Shown in pieces: positions 11,270 through 24,774 of a stretch of 64,000 nucleotides of DNA. A model generated the notes under the pieces. It was not told the origin of the DNA. It was given only the letters and a program-made list of their open reading frames with translations, and searched no databases. The stretch lies in NCBI RefSeq assembly GCF_009914755.1, contig NC_060934.1. One strand, given 5' to 3'. This DNA is from the human T2T-CHM13v2.0 reference genome, Homo sapiens. The position numbers were made by a program, and so were the translations under genes. Numbering within the stretch: position 1 is the stretch's first letter; each line of letters begins with the position of its first letter.

Positions 11270-12100
11270 TGACAGCTTTACTTGCTTAAACTTAAATAAT
11301 GTTTTCTTCTCTGAAGATTAAGATTACCACATTGTCTTCTAACTTTGAATGATTCTGTTGTGAAAACTGCAAGCCACTATCAGAAACTTTCTTCTTTTGC
11401 AATTCAGTTGATTGTTTTTAAACCTAGATGGCCAATGAGTTGGGACTTTTTTACATTTTAATTAAAGTATCTCCATCAGAATATCACTCATATTTTGTTG
11501 TGCTATGACCATTTTTCTGGGTCATGAAATTTTGGGTAAATTTAGATCTTTCTTTACACGAGGATAGTTTCTTCTACTATATCTTTATTTTTCAATTCTG
11601 TGTTTTCTGCTATTGTCTTCAGAAAAATCAACTATTTGTACTTGAGACAGCATTTGTCTGTCTTTCAAATCTCACTTTCTTCTTTTTTTATTTATTTATT
11701 TTATTTTATTATTATTATACTTTAAGTTTTAGGGTACATGTGCACAACGTGAAGATTTGTTACATATGTATACACTTTCTTCTTATCTGTATTAGCTCTT
11801 TACTTTTTTCCACTTCATTGTGCTTCATTTTCTCAATTCTGTCCTTTTTCTCACTGCCTATTTACTCAACAGTATCTGGTCTCTTTTTTGATGACTGTCA
11901 TGTAGCTGTTCTTTCTATACAGTTTTTAATGTTATTGCTACAGATTCATTTTTTAAATCTTCTTAGTTATCTTATCATCTCTTCTTCAAGTTCTCATACC
12001 TCTTCTTTGAGCTCTCATTTCAGAGTGATGACATTTCCTCTAATTTTATTGATTTCTTGGCTTTGGGGTCTAATTTCATGTGTTGGATGTCATCATGCTC
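11270..12100 (-). mobile_element. Old L1M (ORF1 region) fragment
   Basis: T-rich antisense L1 text (cacattgtcttct...ctgttgtgaaa); hosts a short L1PA insert. Confidence 0.5.
11685..11772 (-). mobile_element. Extremely 5'-truncated L1PA 3' end
   Basis: tatactttaagttttagggtacatgtgcacaacgtg...tacatatgtata; TSD cactttcttctt 11673-11684 / 11773-11784. Confidence 0.92.
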
Positions 12101-13028
12101 CAGGTATGTGTTTCTCATCTGCCCTTTGTCTTTACTCTTTTCCTTTTCATGTTCCTCAATACCTTCCATAGATATCATGCTGGCTTCTTGTTGATCACTA
12201 CTTATCTTGGAAGGGAGTCTTTAACCCTTGCTAAGTGTTAAAGAATAGCAGATAAGTAGGCAGCTTGGTTCTGCCCTGTTGTCTGTGAATGTATTTCCAT
12301 CTACATTCTTCCCTGAAAATCTGATGTTGCCAAGTCATGAGATCTTCCAAGCTTAGAGTGAAGCCCCTAATACATGGATGTATGCAGAAAATTGGTTTAT
12401 TTCTATATCTCTATGCACATCTTTAGGAGTTCATGTTTCCTTTCCTTCTAGTTACCACGATCAGAATGGTAAGTCTGCTGGTTTGCCTTCCCTGTTTTGG
12501 CCCCCATGCTGGTATCCACATTTTTGCAAAGATGCATGTCCACATGCTTCCCCATGTTCTATCATTTTGCCCTGCTTCCCTACCCTCTACATGCTGTGCT
12601 GCATAAAGAACCCTCCCGTGTCCCCCAGTGTCATTCTAAAGGGGGAGTCTGGCCTTAGACCCCTCAGTTTGTGCAGCTTGCCTTTGGAAGGCCATTCATG
12701 CTTCCTCACCAATTATGGCTCAAATGTACCTGTTTTCTAGTTTCCTCATATGTGATTTTTACTTTTCTACTCCTTTTATTTTATTTTTTCACTCTGCAGA
12801 GTTTCACTGGGGCAGCATGATGGAGCCAGGCCACCAATTCCCCTCAGTTGTTAAAGACTTGCTTTGTCCCTTGCCCAGGAGCTAGCAGCCCCATGGACAG
12901 CTTTTGTCAGGTCAGCCAGACACACATTTTGGTCTCACTTCATCACTTGCAGGCTAAACATTTGGCAATTTATTTACTGCCTTCTGACTTATCAGCCTCT
13001 CCAAGAGATCTAAAGCACTTGTCTATGC

Positions 13029-13180
13029 CAGTGGCTCTCAGTCTTCAGCATGAATCAGAATCACTTGGAGGACTTGTCAGAACATAGAATGCCAGGGTCC
13101 ACCTAGAGTTTCTGATTCAGTAGGTCTGATCTAGGGGCTGAAAATCTGTGTTATTGACAAGTTCTCAGGAGACGCTGAGA
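13029..13180. mobile_element. MER5A
   Basis: cagtggctctca...atcagaatcacttggagg...tttctgattcagtaggtctg. Confidence 0.8.
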
Positions 13181-13595
13181 GCTTTCTAAATGCTGCTGAT
13201 TTGCACAGCATGCTGCTTTATACAGACTACAGAACCAGGCACACACCTTTCTGCAGGCAACTCTGCATCCCTCCATCTGCGGAAGAATCCAGGGCAAGCA
13301 CAGGGAAGGACTTCATGCTTTCTGAAGCTAAAGTTAGTAGGAGAGACTATCCAAGTTTCTTAACTTCAGGTGGAGAAAGGTACAACTTACTGCCAGGTAC
13401 AATGCAGTGGCTAACTCTACAGCTTTTGTCATCAGGGCATAGAGAGAGGCACTAGGATAATAGAAGCTGGAAGGAATGGTAGAGGCCTAAGGGGAAGTGT
13501 GGTGGAGGGTGGGGGAATAGAAAAGAAGAAAGACATTCCTGATGGACCGAGAAGCAGTGTATAGAATATGGCAAAAAAGATCGAGCCATGGGCAG

Positions 13596-14062
13596 TTCTG
13601 TGGATTGAATTGTGTCCCCCTGAAAGATATGTTGAGGTCCTGACCCCTGGTACCTGTGAATGTGACCTTTTTGGAAATAAAGCCTTTGCATATATAGTTA
13701 AGTTATAAATTAAAATGAGGTCATGCTGAAGTGAAGTGGGCCCCTAATCCAATATGTTGAATGTTCTTATAAGAGGAGAAGCATACACAGACCCACACAC
13801 AGAGGAGAAAGCCACGTGAAGACACAGACACACAGAGGGAAGACAGCCTTGTGGTGATGGAGACAGAGACTGGAGTTACACAGCTGCACACCAAGGAAGG
13901 CCAAGGATCACTGGGAACCACAAGAAATGAGGAGAGAAAGCATGGCCCTGCTGATGCCTTGATTTTGGACTTCTGTCTTCCTGAACTGCGAGAGCATCCG
14001 TTTCTGTCGGTTAGCCGTCAGTCTGTGGTACTTTGTTATGTTTGCCCTAGGCAACCAATAGA
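13596..14062 (+). mobile_element. MLT1C MaLR solo LTR
   Basis: ttgaattgtgtccccc...aagatatgttga...gtggtactttgttat; 5-bp TSD ggcag on both sides. Confidence 0.9.
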
Positions 14063-14591
14063 GGCAGGGGCTGTTGATTTTCTTCTTTCAAAAGCAGTAG
14101 AGTAGAATAGCAATCCCACCTGTTCGCCTTTGAAATGGGTCAGCTGAGCCTGAGAGGGGCCTGAGCACTTTCCTCAAGGTCAATGCTCTCATGCTGCTGG
14201 TCCTCTTCACACAATGTCCTGCCTTGGCCTGCTGGGTTCATGTGTGTGAGTGAGGTCCCACATCTGCATCATGTCAAGTTCTTGGTGGACCAGGTCCTGT
14301 TCATGGTGATGACAGCAGCGGTCAGTCGGCTCTACTAAAAGGGATGGGACTCCAGCTTTCTTGAAGGAAGCCCATGTTATAAGAATTAGAAAGGAGTCTG
14401 CTAGGCCTGATTCTGAGCCCTCACAGAGGGTTCTGTCCCATCTAGACTCTTTTTACTTTATGATGCAGAAGGGTCGGGAACTCTTCCCGTTAGGCATTTA
14501 GATTGCAACTCTGCCTTCATAATCTCAAGGTTGTTTACACTTGGACCACCTGATACTTGTATCTTTTCATTAGCCTTTTTTATGCAATAAA

Positions 14592-15315
14592 GCCCATAAT
14601 ATGATACTGCTCACATCCACCAAGAGGGCTATAATTAAAAAGACAGATAATAGAAAGTGTTGGTGAGCACATGAGAAAATGGAACCCTCATACACTGTTG
14701 TGGGAATATGAAATGGTGCAGGCTTTTTGGAAAACAGTCCAGCAGTCCCTCAAAATATTAAACATAGAATTACCCCATGACTCAGCAATGCTATTCCTAG
14801 GCATACAGTCAAGAGAAATGACAACATATGTGCACACAAAAATTTGAATATGGATAGACATAATAGCATTATTCAGAACAGCCAAAAAGTGGAAACAAAC
14901 CAAGTATGCATCAATAGATGAATGGATTAAAAACGTGGTATATCCATACAATAAAATATTCAGCTATAAAAATAATGAGGTACTGATACATATTACAACA
15001 TGGATGAACCTTGAAAATAGTACACCAAGTGAAGACATCCAGGCACAAAAGGCCTCATATTGCAGAATTCCACTTATAGAAAATGTCCAGAATAAGCAAT
15101 TCCATAGAGACAAAAATAGATTAGATTGTCAGTGGAGTGGGGAGGGGGCAATGGAGAGTGAATGCTAATGGGTATGGGGTTTCATTCTGAGGTGATAAAA
15201 ATATTCTGGAATTATATAGGAATGATACTTGTAGAACATTGTAAACATACTATGAACCACTGAATTGCACACTAAAAGAATGAATTTCATGAATGTGTGA
15301 ATTGTATATATATGA
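14592..15315 (+). mobile_element. L1MB 3' fragment
   Basis: ORF2 end and 3'UTR: tggaaaacagt..., caacatggatgaaccttgaaaa, ggtgataaaaatattctggaatt. Confidence 0.9.
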
Positions 15316-15929
15316 CACCAAAAAACTCAAAGAAGCAATCTATGCACTTAAGGATCAAACAAAGAGAAATGACTGTGACTTCATATGGACCTGATGTATT
15401 TTCTTTTCCCTGAACTTCTCATCGGAGAATTTTCATGTCTACTCCAAGTTCCTCTATAGGAGAATATTAGGTTAAGATCTACATCTGATGATAATTACCT
15501 TGGCAATCATGTGCCCCAGGGGTTGGAGCAAAGAGAGGCTAGAGACAGTGAAAACAATAGAAAAGAAATGGATACAGGAAATAAAGAACCAAGAACTAGG
15601 ATGGCTATAATAAAAAAAGACAATTAATAATAAGACTTCCCAGGATTGGGTAGTTGCTTTGACAATAGGATAGCAGGACACATGGAAACAAGGGACCAAG
15701 TTGTCTGAGGAGCATTTCAGGATATATTGATGGCAAGCAAACCGCTGCAGGGACCAGGGGGTCTGCCTGGACATGACCCCAGAACCCTCAGGGCACTGGG
15801 AGGCCATGCTTAACAGTCTGAAGTAGTGAACCAGATGAGCCCCATTGGCCATTTTGGCTCCACAGTGAGTTGAACAAGGAGAAGTAAAGGTCTCCAGATC
15901 AGCCCAATATTAGCCCCTCTCTTTCTACC

Positions 15930-16327
15930 TGTGGAAGCTGGTCTCTAAAGATGGCTCCCTAATGAACCATGTTTCCCAATATTCACATCCTCATTTAATC
16001 CACAATAAGCATGACATCAGATAAGAAGTACAACTCTTCTGAAGCCACCATGATGTGAGGAAGCTCAGGCTACCCACACAAAGAGGTCATCTGTAGAGAA
16101 AGATTCCCAGCCAGCCAAGTTGGCCAGCCATCTCAGTCTGGGCACTTGGCATGAGAGAGAAAATGCTGTCTTGAGTGTCCAGCCTAGGCGAGATTTCAAA
16201 TGACTCTAGTCCTAGGTGACATCTGATTGCTGAGTCCCGTAAACCCTCAGGATTGTGAAAGAGCATGATAAATTATTTTGAGTGTCTAAGTTTTGGGGTA
16301 GTTTATCACACAGAAATACATGAAACA
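15930..16327 (+). mobile_element. MLT1F/G/H-type LTR
   Basis: tgtgg...ctctaaagatggctccc start; ctaagttttggggtagttt end. Confidence 0.65.
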
Positions 16328-16984
16328 TTAACTCAAGAAGCCATATGAGGCCACCCTCTCTGCAGACACCGGGACCACTTCTCTGGATTGGAGCAAGAGG
16401 AGAGTGTCACCTCTGCCCCCGGCCCTCACTGGCTTTAGTAGTTCTGCCAGATGTGGATACCAAGGATACCAACCTCTCCCCACTTTACTCTTGCCCACGG
16501 AAGTCAGAGAGGTTCCAAACAGCTCTTCCAGGCACGGAGCCCTGGAGCCTCCTGGGGTTGCCTGCTGCTGACTGCTAGTTTCCCTGGCAGTACCCAGTGA
16601 TATGGGCAATGACCAGGGCCCTGCCATGTGTTTCCTGGCTGAGTCTCCCTTTCTCCACCCCAGACCTCTGAAATGTCCTGCTGCTGCCCATCCCAGGCAT
16701 GGTGAGGCTTCCCCGAGGGAACCTGGGAAAGATCTAGAAAGGGCAGGGGCTCAAGGAATCCATGCCAGCAAACCCCCAGGCCATACTGGAGCCCACCTTG
16801 TGCGGTGACTCTCCCTGGTGTTGACTTAGGGCTCTGTGTACTTTATATTTTATGACTGGTGGCCCAGGGCAGAAGCTGCAAATAGTGTCTAGGCTGGCAA
16901 CAGGGGGCAGCACTTCCTGGGCTGCCATCCAGGGGAGGGAAATCATGTGTCAGGGGTTTAATTCTTCTGTATGGTGTCAGTTTT

Positions 16985-17005
16985 CTCCTCCTCCTCCTCC
17001 TCCTC
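16985..17005 (+). repeat. (CCT)n microsatellite
   Basis: ctcctcctcctcctcctcctc. Confidence 0.9.
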
Positions 17006-17457
17006 TTATATCAGGGTTGAAACAGAGCTTGATCCTTGGGGTGAAATTCCATTCTTACCCCCATGCCCAGCCCTTTTGTAAGACACACAAGCTCACTCCG
17101 TGGATGAAGCACTTTAACCCCATCAGGGGCACCGTGTGGCTTTTCACGGAAGTGACCAGTGTGCTCCCTGAGTTTGAGGGCCAGGGCTCCATAACAGTAC
17201 CAGGATGTGATAGTGAGACAGGGGTCAGCCATGGACATTGCTGGTGTTTGGGCCCACAGTTTCCAGACTGGCTGGCACATTCAAGGGACTCCAGCCAGTG
17301 TTACCGATGGTTGTCACCTGTGTTGAGTGTAATACTAGCCAAGACCACCCCCAGATGGTTCAGAGTTGGAGGAGGTAGGGTAGGGGCTTGGGCAGGAAAT
17401 GGTAAGTACAGTTTATTAATGAAACCTGTTTTAAAATATCCACTCACTCATTAAATA

Positions 17458-17458
<1 letters not shown>

Positions 17459-17492
<34 letters not shown>
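17459..17492 (+). repeat. (CA)17 microsatellite
   Basis: Pure CA run. Confidence 0.98.
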
Positions 17493-17495
<3 letters not shown>

Positions 17496-18309
17496 CTGAA
17501 TGATTTGAGTACATTTAGGCAAAACAGGATTACTTTTCATGTTTCAACAGCTGAAGATTGGGGCAGTTGTGGTTCCACACATAACTGCAGCCTCCGGGCT
17601 TGCCCTGGGCTAGGGATCTGACCAGCAGCTCACCCTTGACCTGTGCTCCCCTTGGACCAGTGGCCTGAAAAGGAGCTGCCCAGTGACAGCCAGCAAGGAG
17701 GCCATGGGGCCAGCTGGAATTGGCCTTCTTGTCTGCCCCCAGGCCATTCCCAGAGCCCACTCTGCACCACCCAGGAAGGTTTTGCTTTCTCCAACTCCTT
17801 TCCTTGCTCCCCAGTCCTGGCTCCAATTCCACACTAAGGATGGAAAAACGGAGTCACATGGAAGTGAAGCCATTTAACTGGGCATTCAGCAAACAGCAAG
17901 AGAGCCAGGTCAGAACCCAGGAGGAGATCTGTTGCCCAGAGGCATGAAGAGGGCTTGGGGATGCTGGCAAAGCCTGGGACAGGGCACATTAATACATGGA
18001 GGGTGTCACCTGCGAGGATGGGTGGGCTTGAGCTGGGGCAAATGGCAGAAAACTCGTGTCGTGTGAGCAAAGTCACTTGACTGCTTCAAGCCTGTCTCTT
18101 CACCTTTAACACAGGCAGGTAAAGAATATTCTGCTTCTCACTAACCTCTTGCTTACTCGCTGGCAAATCATGTAGATGTGAAAAATGTTTTGCGAAGTGC
18201 ATTTGGGAAATAGCCTCACCATTATCACTGCTGCCAACAGCAATACCAGATAGAGCCTGAAGAAAACCCTCAACCCTGCCTTCCACACTCTACCTGGCAA
18301 GTCCAGCAA

Positions 18310-18839
18310 GAGACAGATGCCAGGTGCTGCCCTCTTGTCCTTGCCTCTCCTGTGCATGCACAACTAACTCCTCACGTCAAGAGGTGGCATCTAATCCTTG
18401 CCCCCTTAAAAATGGGCTGACCTCATTAACTTCCTGGCTAATACAGTGCGATGGAAGTAACATTCTAGGACATCTGAGGCTGAGTTGAAAGAAGCCTTAT
18501 AGCTTCCACCTGGGCCTCTTGCCAGCTCACCCTTGGGATGTTCTCTGGGCCTCTTGCTTCCACGTTGTGGGAAGCCCAAGCCACACTGAGAGACCACAGA
18601 TAGGTGTTGACATGCCAGTTGAGTATCCAGCCAAAGGCCAGCATCAGCAGCCATCTGTGTCTTGCCTAGCAGAGCCCTCACATACTGTAGCCCAGGCACC
18701 CTATGACTGCAACTGCATGAGGACTCTTAACACAAACCACCCAGCTGAGCCCAGTCAATACAAAACATAACCAGGAGAAATAATCATAAGTTGTTTCTTC
18801 AAGCCACTAAGTTTTGGAGTAGAATGTTTAACTGAAACA
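18310..18839 (+). mobile_element. MLT1G/H-type LTR
   Basis: tcaagaggtggcatctaat..., cacccagctgagcccagtcaa, aagccactaagttttgg, ends ctgaaaca. Confidence 0.75.
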
Positions 18840-19762
18840 GCTCTTCACAGACCTGCAGACACCTGAACCCCCTGGTTCTCCTGCCTGAGACCCTACACTT
18901 TGAACAGCTTCATCTTCTTCCTAGTGTGGCCTTCTCTCTCATCCTGTCCCTTGGTATCATCATTCCCTACTTTCTGCTGTTAATAAGCCCAGGGTCACTC
19001 TCAATTTAAGGCTTTTCCTACAGGTTCCCTACAGGGACGAAGATGAGACAACAGAGCGACAAACACAGGAAAGTGACTTCAGGTGGGGCTCTGCACATGC
19101 CATTCTTAGCCTGAGGTGGTGACTTCCTCTTTAGAGGACACCAGGAGAAGCGCCTGAAGATTTGCAAACCAAACTCTGAGTTCTTTCTGATCTTCACCCC
19201 CTAAATCCTTGCCCCAGAGTCATATATTTGGGCAATGTGGGTGAGATCCTGTGAAGCTTTGTCGGGAGGTCACGAGCTTTCTAGCCTCCCATGTCCATCT
19301 TCTAGCCAGGGGACCACAGTGCTTGTCCCCTCTGCCACATTGTCTCACCTTTGACCTTCACTGCCCTGTCCCAGGCCAATGGACAAAATGATGCCATTCA
19401 GAGGAAGGACTCTGCCAGTGAGCTTTCTGGCTCCAACATCTGTGAAAGAGCCACAGCTCCCAGGGCTTATCAGCCACTTTCAGTGTGAGCATGCCTGTCA
19501 AACATCCCAGGCACAGGAGGCGCTAGGCTGAAAGGTAAGCTGCTTGCTTAAGGGAGGTGGGTGGTCTCCAGTAGGACTTTCAGATTAACCTGAGCCCTCA
19601 CTCTGAAAATACCAAGGGGGAAAGCTTAGGGCACCAATCAAGATAAGAACAAGCCAGGTGTGAGGTCCCCTTTGATTCAGGATCCCCTAGGGCAAGCAGG
19701 AGGGAAGGAGAAGGAGGGTAGAATTCTTTCTGGCTCCAGCCAGAGACCAGAGAGGCAGGATT

Positions 19763-20018
19763 TATTCTCACTCATAGGTGGGAATTGAACAATGAGAACA
19801 CATGGACACAGGAAGGGGAACATCACACTCTGGGGACTGTTGTGGGGTGGGGGGGCGGGGAGGGATAGCATTAGGAGATATACCTAATGCTAAATGACGA
19901 GTTAATGCATGCAGCACACCAGCATGGCACACGTATACATATGCAACTAACCTGCACATTGTGCACATGTACCCTAAAACTTAAAGTATAATAATAACAA
20001 AAAAAAAAAAGAAAGAAA
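19763..20018 (+). mobile_element. Young L1PA 3' UTR fragment with poly(A)
   Basis: attctcactcataggtgggaattgaacaatgag...gtaccctaaaacttaaagtataataa + A tail. Confidence 0.95.
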
Positions 20019-20899
20019 CAGAGGTCTCCTGCAGCCCCTGCATAACATTTCTCAGGAGAATGATTTGGAAGCCCCTGCATTGTCCCATACGCCCTCGAGA
20101 AAGCCACAGAAAGGTTTGGCCTTAATGCTGGACCCTCAGCTGGGAAAGCTCAGAGCCTGACTTCTCACAAGATTCTAACTAGCCTCTGCACACGAGGCTC
20201 CTTTCTTCTGAGAAACAAAATTGTGGTGGTCCATGGGTCCCCCAGGAAAAGCCACAAAGTGCTTTACTTCTAGCAAAGCACTTTACGGCTTTTCCTGGGG
20301 TAAAAGGTCTTGCTAGAAGTCTCTGACACATAGGAAAACTTACATATTGGGGCTTTTGGGGTTTCAAAACATAACATTCCTTTTAGGCATCCATTAGGAG
20401 GGACAAGCAGTAGCCCTACTTATGGGTGGCAAGATGTCACCTTCATTCTGGCAAAGCTGATTGAAGAATGCAGCATTAGATGTGCAGCTATACAGACCTG
20501 CCAGGTAGACAGATCTCCTCCTCCAACCCCACATGGCCAAGAGTGTTCTCTGCAGGGCAAGTGATCCCGACATGGGACAGAAATCTGAGCACAGCCTGTA
20601 ATTTGGCTCTGAGCCACATGGGGCTCAGGATTCCTCAGCCACAGTATTCCAGAGAGATCTGGGGCACACAGAGGCTTCAGAGGTTAATGGGGGATTCCTT
20701 TTCCATAGAGACATGGAGTCGGGGGAAGGAAGACCTCCCCACCAGCAAGCAAAGAACAAGCCAAGGAAAGCCAGAAGGTTTCAGGGAACTCAGCTTGCTA
20801 GGTTTTCAATGTCTTCTCATACCCTCAGGAGTGACAAGATGCGGGAGTGGAAGGACCATGACCCTGGGGACCCCAAATGGAGCAAATGGCTTCCTAAAG

Positions 20900-21092
20900 C
20901 CCCAGCTTTTGCATCTGTAATGAGCAGTGACAGCTCCCACCTCATGAGAATGCCGTGGGGTTAATGAAGCTGGGTGACCAGCTAGCTATTCCAGTTTGAG
21001 TGTCCCAGAAAACTCCTCCATTGTGGACAAACTGAGAAGCTGACTCTCCCACTGGAGGCACCAGGTACAAGGTAGGTGCTCAGGAATTATTT
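20900..21092 (+). mobile_element. MIR interrupted by a MER94-like fragment (~20970-21050)
   Basis: catctgtaatg...cacctcatg; gggtgacc...gtcccag...caaactg; then gtaggtgctca. Confidence 0.45.
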
Positions 21093-22359
21093 CCCTCCCT
21101 CTTGACTCACACTTCTCTTCTGAGAGTGAAAGCTGGAGTATTCTTCAAGCAAGAAGCTGAGACAGCCCCTCACGTACCCTGGGAAGGGGAAGAGAGCAGG
21201 GCCTTTGGATTTAGAGGTCCCTCTGGAGCCTGGAATAGACAGACTTGCATTTCAGAGGAAACTTCCCATGGCATCGCCCCAGGATCATCAAAAGGAATCA
21301 GCTTCTGGCACTAGCTGTGTCTCTGAGAAAATGTCTGGATTCCTTTGGAAGGTGCCAGGGAGCAGTGAGGGATCATGGGCGTGGGACTCTAACTGCATCG
21401 CCATCTCAGCTGCTGGCCCCACATGCTCCAAGCCCACCTTTCTGCCACTTGCAGCCAAGTGCAGCACCAGAACCCACACCCACCCTCTGTGTGGCCACAG
21501 CCCCGGGTGTCCATGAAGCCAGAATGTCTTTGGAAAATGGGAACCTTTGGGAAGTACACAGTCATTGTCTAGAAGTCCAGTGGCTGTTCTGACAGGCATC
21601 TCCCCATTAGATAAATTCCCCCATTGAGCGACTGACTTTTGGTGGAGTTAACCACCTGTGTTCCATGAAAGGAGAGTAAGCCTGTCCCTTTCCAGAAATG
21701 CAGAAACCTAAGGAGTTGAGATCTCGGCTTCCATGGAGGAAATGCCTCAGGGGCAGCTGAGGGAGGGCCATTACCATTTGCAGTTGAGAAGGTCTGGAAG
21801 CCCCGCCACACATGCAAAGCCCTGCCATGGAAATCTTGAGTGTCCCTGAACAACCACAACCAGTGGGGGGCTTCTTTGTGTCTGTGAGAATGTTATAACC
21901 TATTGAGGCTCTCTTTTGCTGCCAGAAGTTCGGGGTGAACTCCGGGGCTCAATTATAGCATCTATGTTGGTCTTTGCAGTGGATGGATATGTGTCTTATT
22001 TACCTAGCCTTGCTTCTCCACTTTTACTTTCTGTTTTCCTTGGTCTGGTTTGTTATTTTTGTGGCATCATAATGGACATGTCTTTGTTAGAAGATGGTGG
22101 GGAGTAGAAGAAAGCCATACTTTCTCATCTCTGAAATGCTCAATTATGGTGGGTGTTGCTTGTGCCCAAACAAGCTTGTTGTTCTAAGTCCTGCACTGGA
22201 GAAACCCAGTTCTACCAGCATCCAGGGTACTGGGAGCATCAAACCTCAACCCCAGGAGATAATGTGAAAGTTAGTAAATAGCAGTCCAGCCTTTGGGGCT
22301 AAAAACATCAGGATTCCAGTGAGATTTGGGGCAAATCAAAATGGCCTATCATCTTCTCT

Positions 22360-22462
22360 ACCTTAGCTTTCCCCACCTGTAAAATGGGTATAATATTACC
22401 TCCCGCACCATCAAGGGGCTGAGATGAGCCACATACACTGTGTGGCATGGCACCAGTAATAA
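22360..22462 (+). mobile_element. MIR fragment
   Basis: ctttccccacctgtaaaatgggtataata. Confidence 0.7.
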
Positions 22463-24774
22463 CCCCCATGACTTCCCCAGCCCCTTGCATATGGGGCTCA
22501 GACATTGCACTAAAGGGCTTACCTGTAACTGCTCTGCAGGGTGCTCATATACAGCCCCGGGAGACGCAGGGGGCCAGTAGTGCAGCTGGGAAGTCTGCAT
22601 CTGAATTTGAACCCAGGCCCTGCCTCCTTTCAAGCCCATGATCTGGATTGCTGAGTCCCACTTCTCCCTGTGGGCCATGTTCTGCTAAGCCTGTGCTGCT
22701 TCTCCCACCTGAGGGTGGCCTGGGTTTCCGGTTCCACAGCAAGCAAGTGGGGCCTGCCCTGCCTCTCCCTCTTCAGTCCCACGGAGCCCAACAAGGTGGC
22801 AGGTTGGGTTGATTCTCTGATCAGGGCAAAAAGTGGAAGGGAATAGGGAGAGTGGCAAACTTAGCTCAGGCCAAAGCCAGGGACTCTGTGCAGGAGTTGA
22901 AAACGTGTGTTTCCTAGACACTCTGCTCCAGCAGCTCAGAGAAAGGAGGCCCTATTGGGCCCCAGAGAAGAAATGTAAAATCAGAAGGGGCCTCCTAGCG
23001 TGTCACAGCCAGCCTTCTGCCTCAAGGAAAGCCACAGCCAAGGGCAGGCAAGACACTTAGGCCTCTGTTGACTTACGGGCCCCCGGGGAGTGGGTTGCAC
23101 CATATTGTGCAAGCCAGTTGCAGCCTCTCATCACTGGTAATGAAGCAAAGTGAAAAAGTGGCCCTTCTTCCTAGCACAGCCATCCTCCTCCCTAGAGTCT
23201 CCAGGGAGCCTGGGAGCCTGCTGGCCTTGGCCAGCCAAGCCCCAGTGTGCTCCAGACAGGGCAATGCCTGGCCACCCAGGAGGCTCTCGTATGTGGTGGA
23301 CACTTCTGGGATGAGGCCCAGCATCTGCTTCATGGCTGATTTATGGCTTCTGATCAGGCTCAATAAAAACCCAGATGGCATCTCACCAGTGTGACACCTG
23401 AAGGAGGACCACGCCTCTCAGGACCCTCAGAAAGTTGCTCTGGCATTGGCCACAGGCAGGAACAGACAAGAGCAGAGGGGCTCACTCAGCCTGGAGCCTC
23501 ACCCAGAGACCCCTGATCAGAAATTTGGAAATCCCTGCCCCACAAACTAACCCTTGCCTTCGACACTTGAATTCCAGTCCAGTTTTCTTCCTCGGCCTCT
23601 TATAGCAATAGCTTATGATTCTGCACTGCAGCTCTGTAATGCCTCCAACATGCCTTCATGTCCTCCCCACCGCTCTGTGAAAAATGCGTTAGCATTCCAG
23701 ATTAACAGAGGAGAAAACCGAAACAGGTCAGCAGGAGTCCAGCCTGCCTTGTGCTTCAGGATAAGGGCAGGTCTGTAGGACCACCACGTGGGGAACACCA
23801 GGGGCTTCCGGTCCAGGCAGAAAGGCGGGGCTCCCTCCTGACCCCACCCCATGCATGAAGATGAGGTGGCGAAGTGTCCAGAACAATGCAGATGTGTCAT
23901 GCAGGAGCCGGCTGACCTGCCTGAAGCTGGGGGGCTGGGCCTGCCCCTCCTACATGTGGGGTGCTGGCTCTTCGGGCGAGCCTCACCTGCCACTCATGTT
24001 CTCATCCAAATGAGAATGGTCTGGATTAATGCCTGGCCCAAATGACTCACCGCTTAGACTCAGACCCAGGATAGACATGTTTCTCCATCTCTTTGAATGT
24101 TGAGTCCAAACCCTGGCCACCCGACCCACTCACCTCTGGGTGGCCTTAGAACTCCCTGACTGCTGAGCCTATTTTCTTCTGGAAAGTGGAGAACACAGAG
24201 GTGCCGTGGGATTCAGTGAGACGGGGGTGTGAAAACACCCCAGGTGTTCTGGGCACAAGCTCACCTGGCAGGTGCCTGTCCCTGTGCCCTCTGGTGGGGT
24301 GGCAGGGGGAGGGTGCGGTGGGGGGAGGCTCAGCAGCTGGAGCACAGGATGCGCCAGCCCTGCAGTGTGCCTGGGCTGCTTCTGCCCCAGAGCACTGGCC
24401 TCCTCCACTCACAGTCGTGTCCCAGGGTGCCCACCAGCCCCAGCCTCTTAGGGAAAAACACACTGATGAAGCTTCTGAGCACAGTGCAGACCTGCTGAGG
24501 CACAGCCAGCCAGCAGCACTGCAGAGCTGGTGCTTTGGCAGGAGGGAGGCCTGGCTGCAGCCTGAACAGTGCAGATGTCATTGGAAACAAATGCCCAGAC
24601 CACAGTGTCTCTTCCCATTCCCACCAGGCTCCCTGGACATTTTCAAGAATCCCCCAGGACAATGTAAGCCTGATGGGACATAAATGATTCTTGGGGATGG
24701 CCCTGAAGCTTGAGCCTCAGCCCCAGGACCCCCACACCCACCCCACCACAGCCTGACCCATTATGCAGGGTCTT

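Noticed and set aside
11524-12171. 215-aa Phe/Leu-rich ORF that looks transmembrane
   Set aside because: T-rich antisense L1 sequence including the L1PA insert; compositional artefact
16852-17454. 200-aa ORF with polyproline
   Set aside because: Polyproline is the CCT microsatellite; no domain or coding bias
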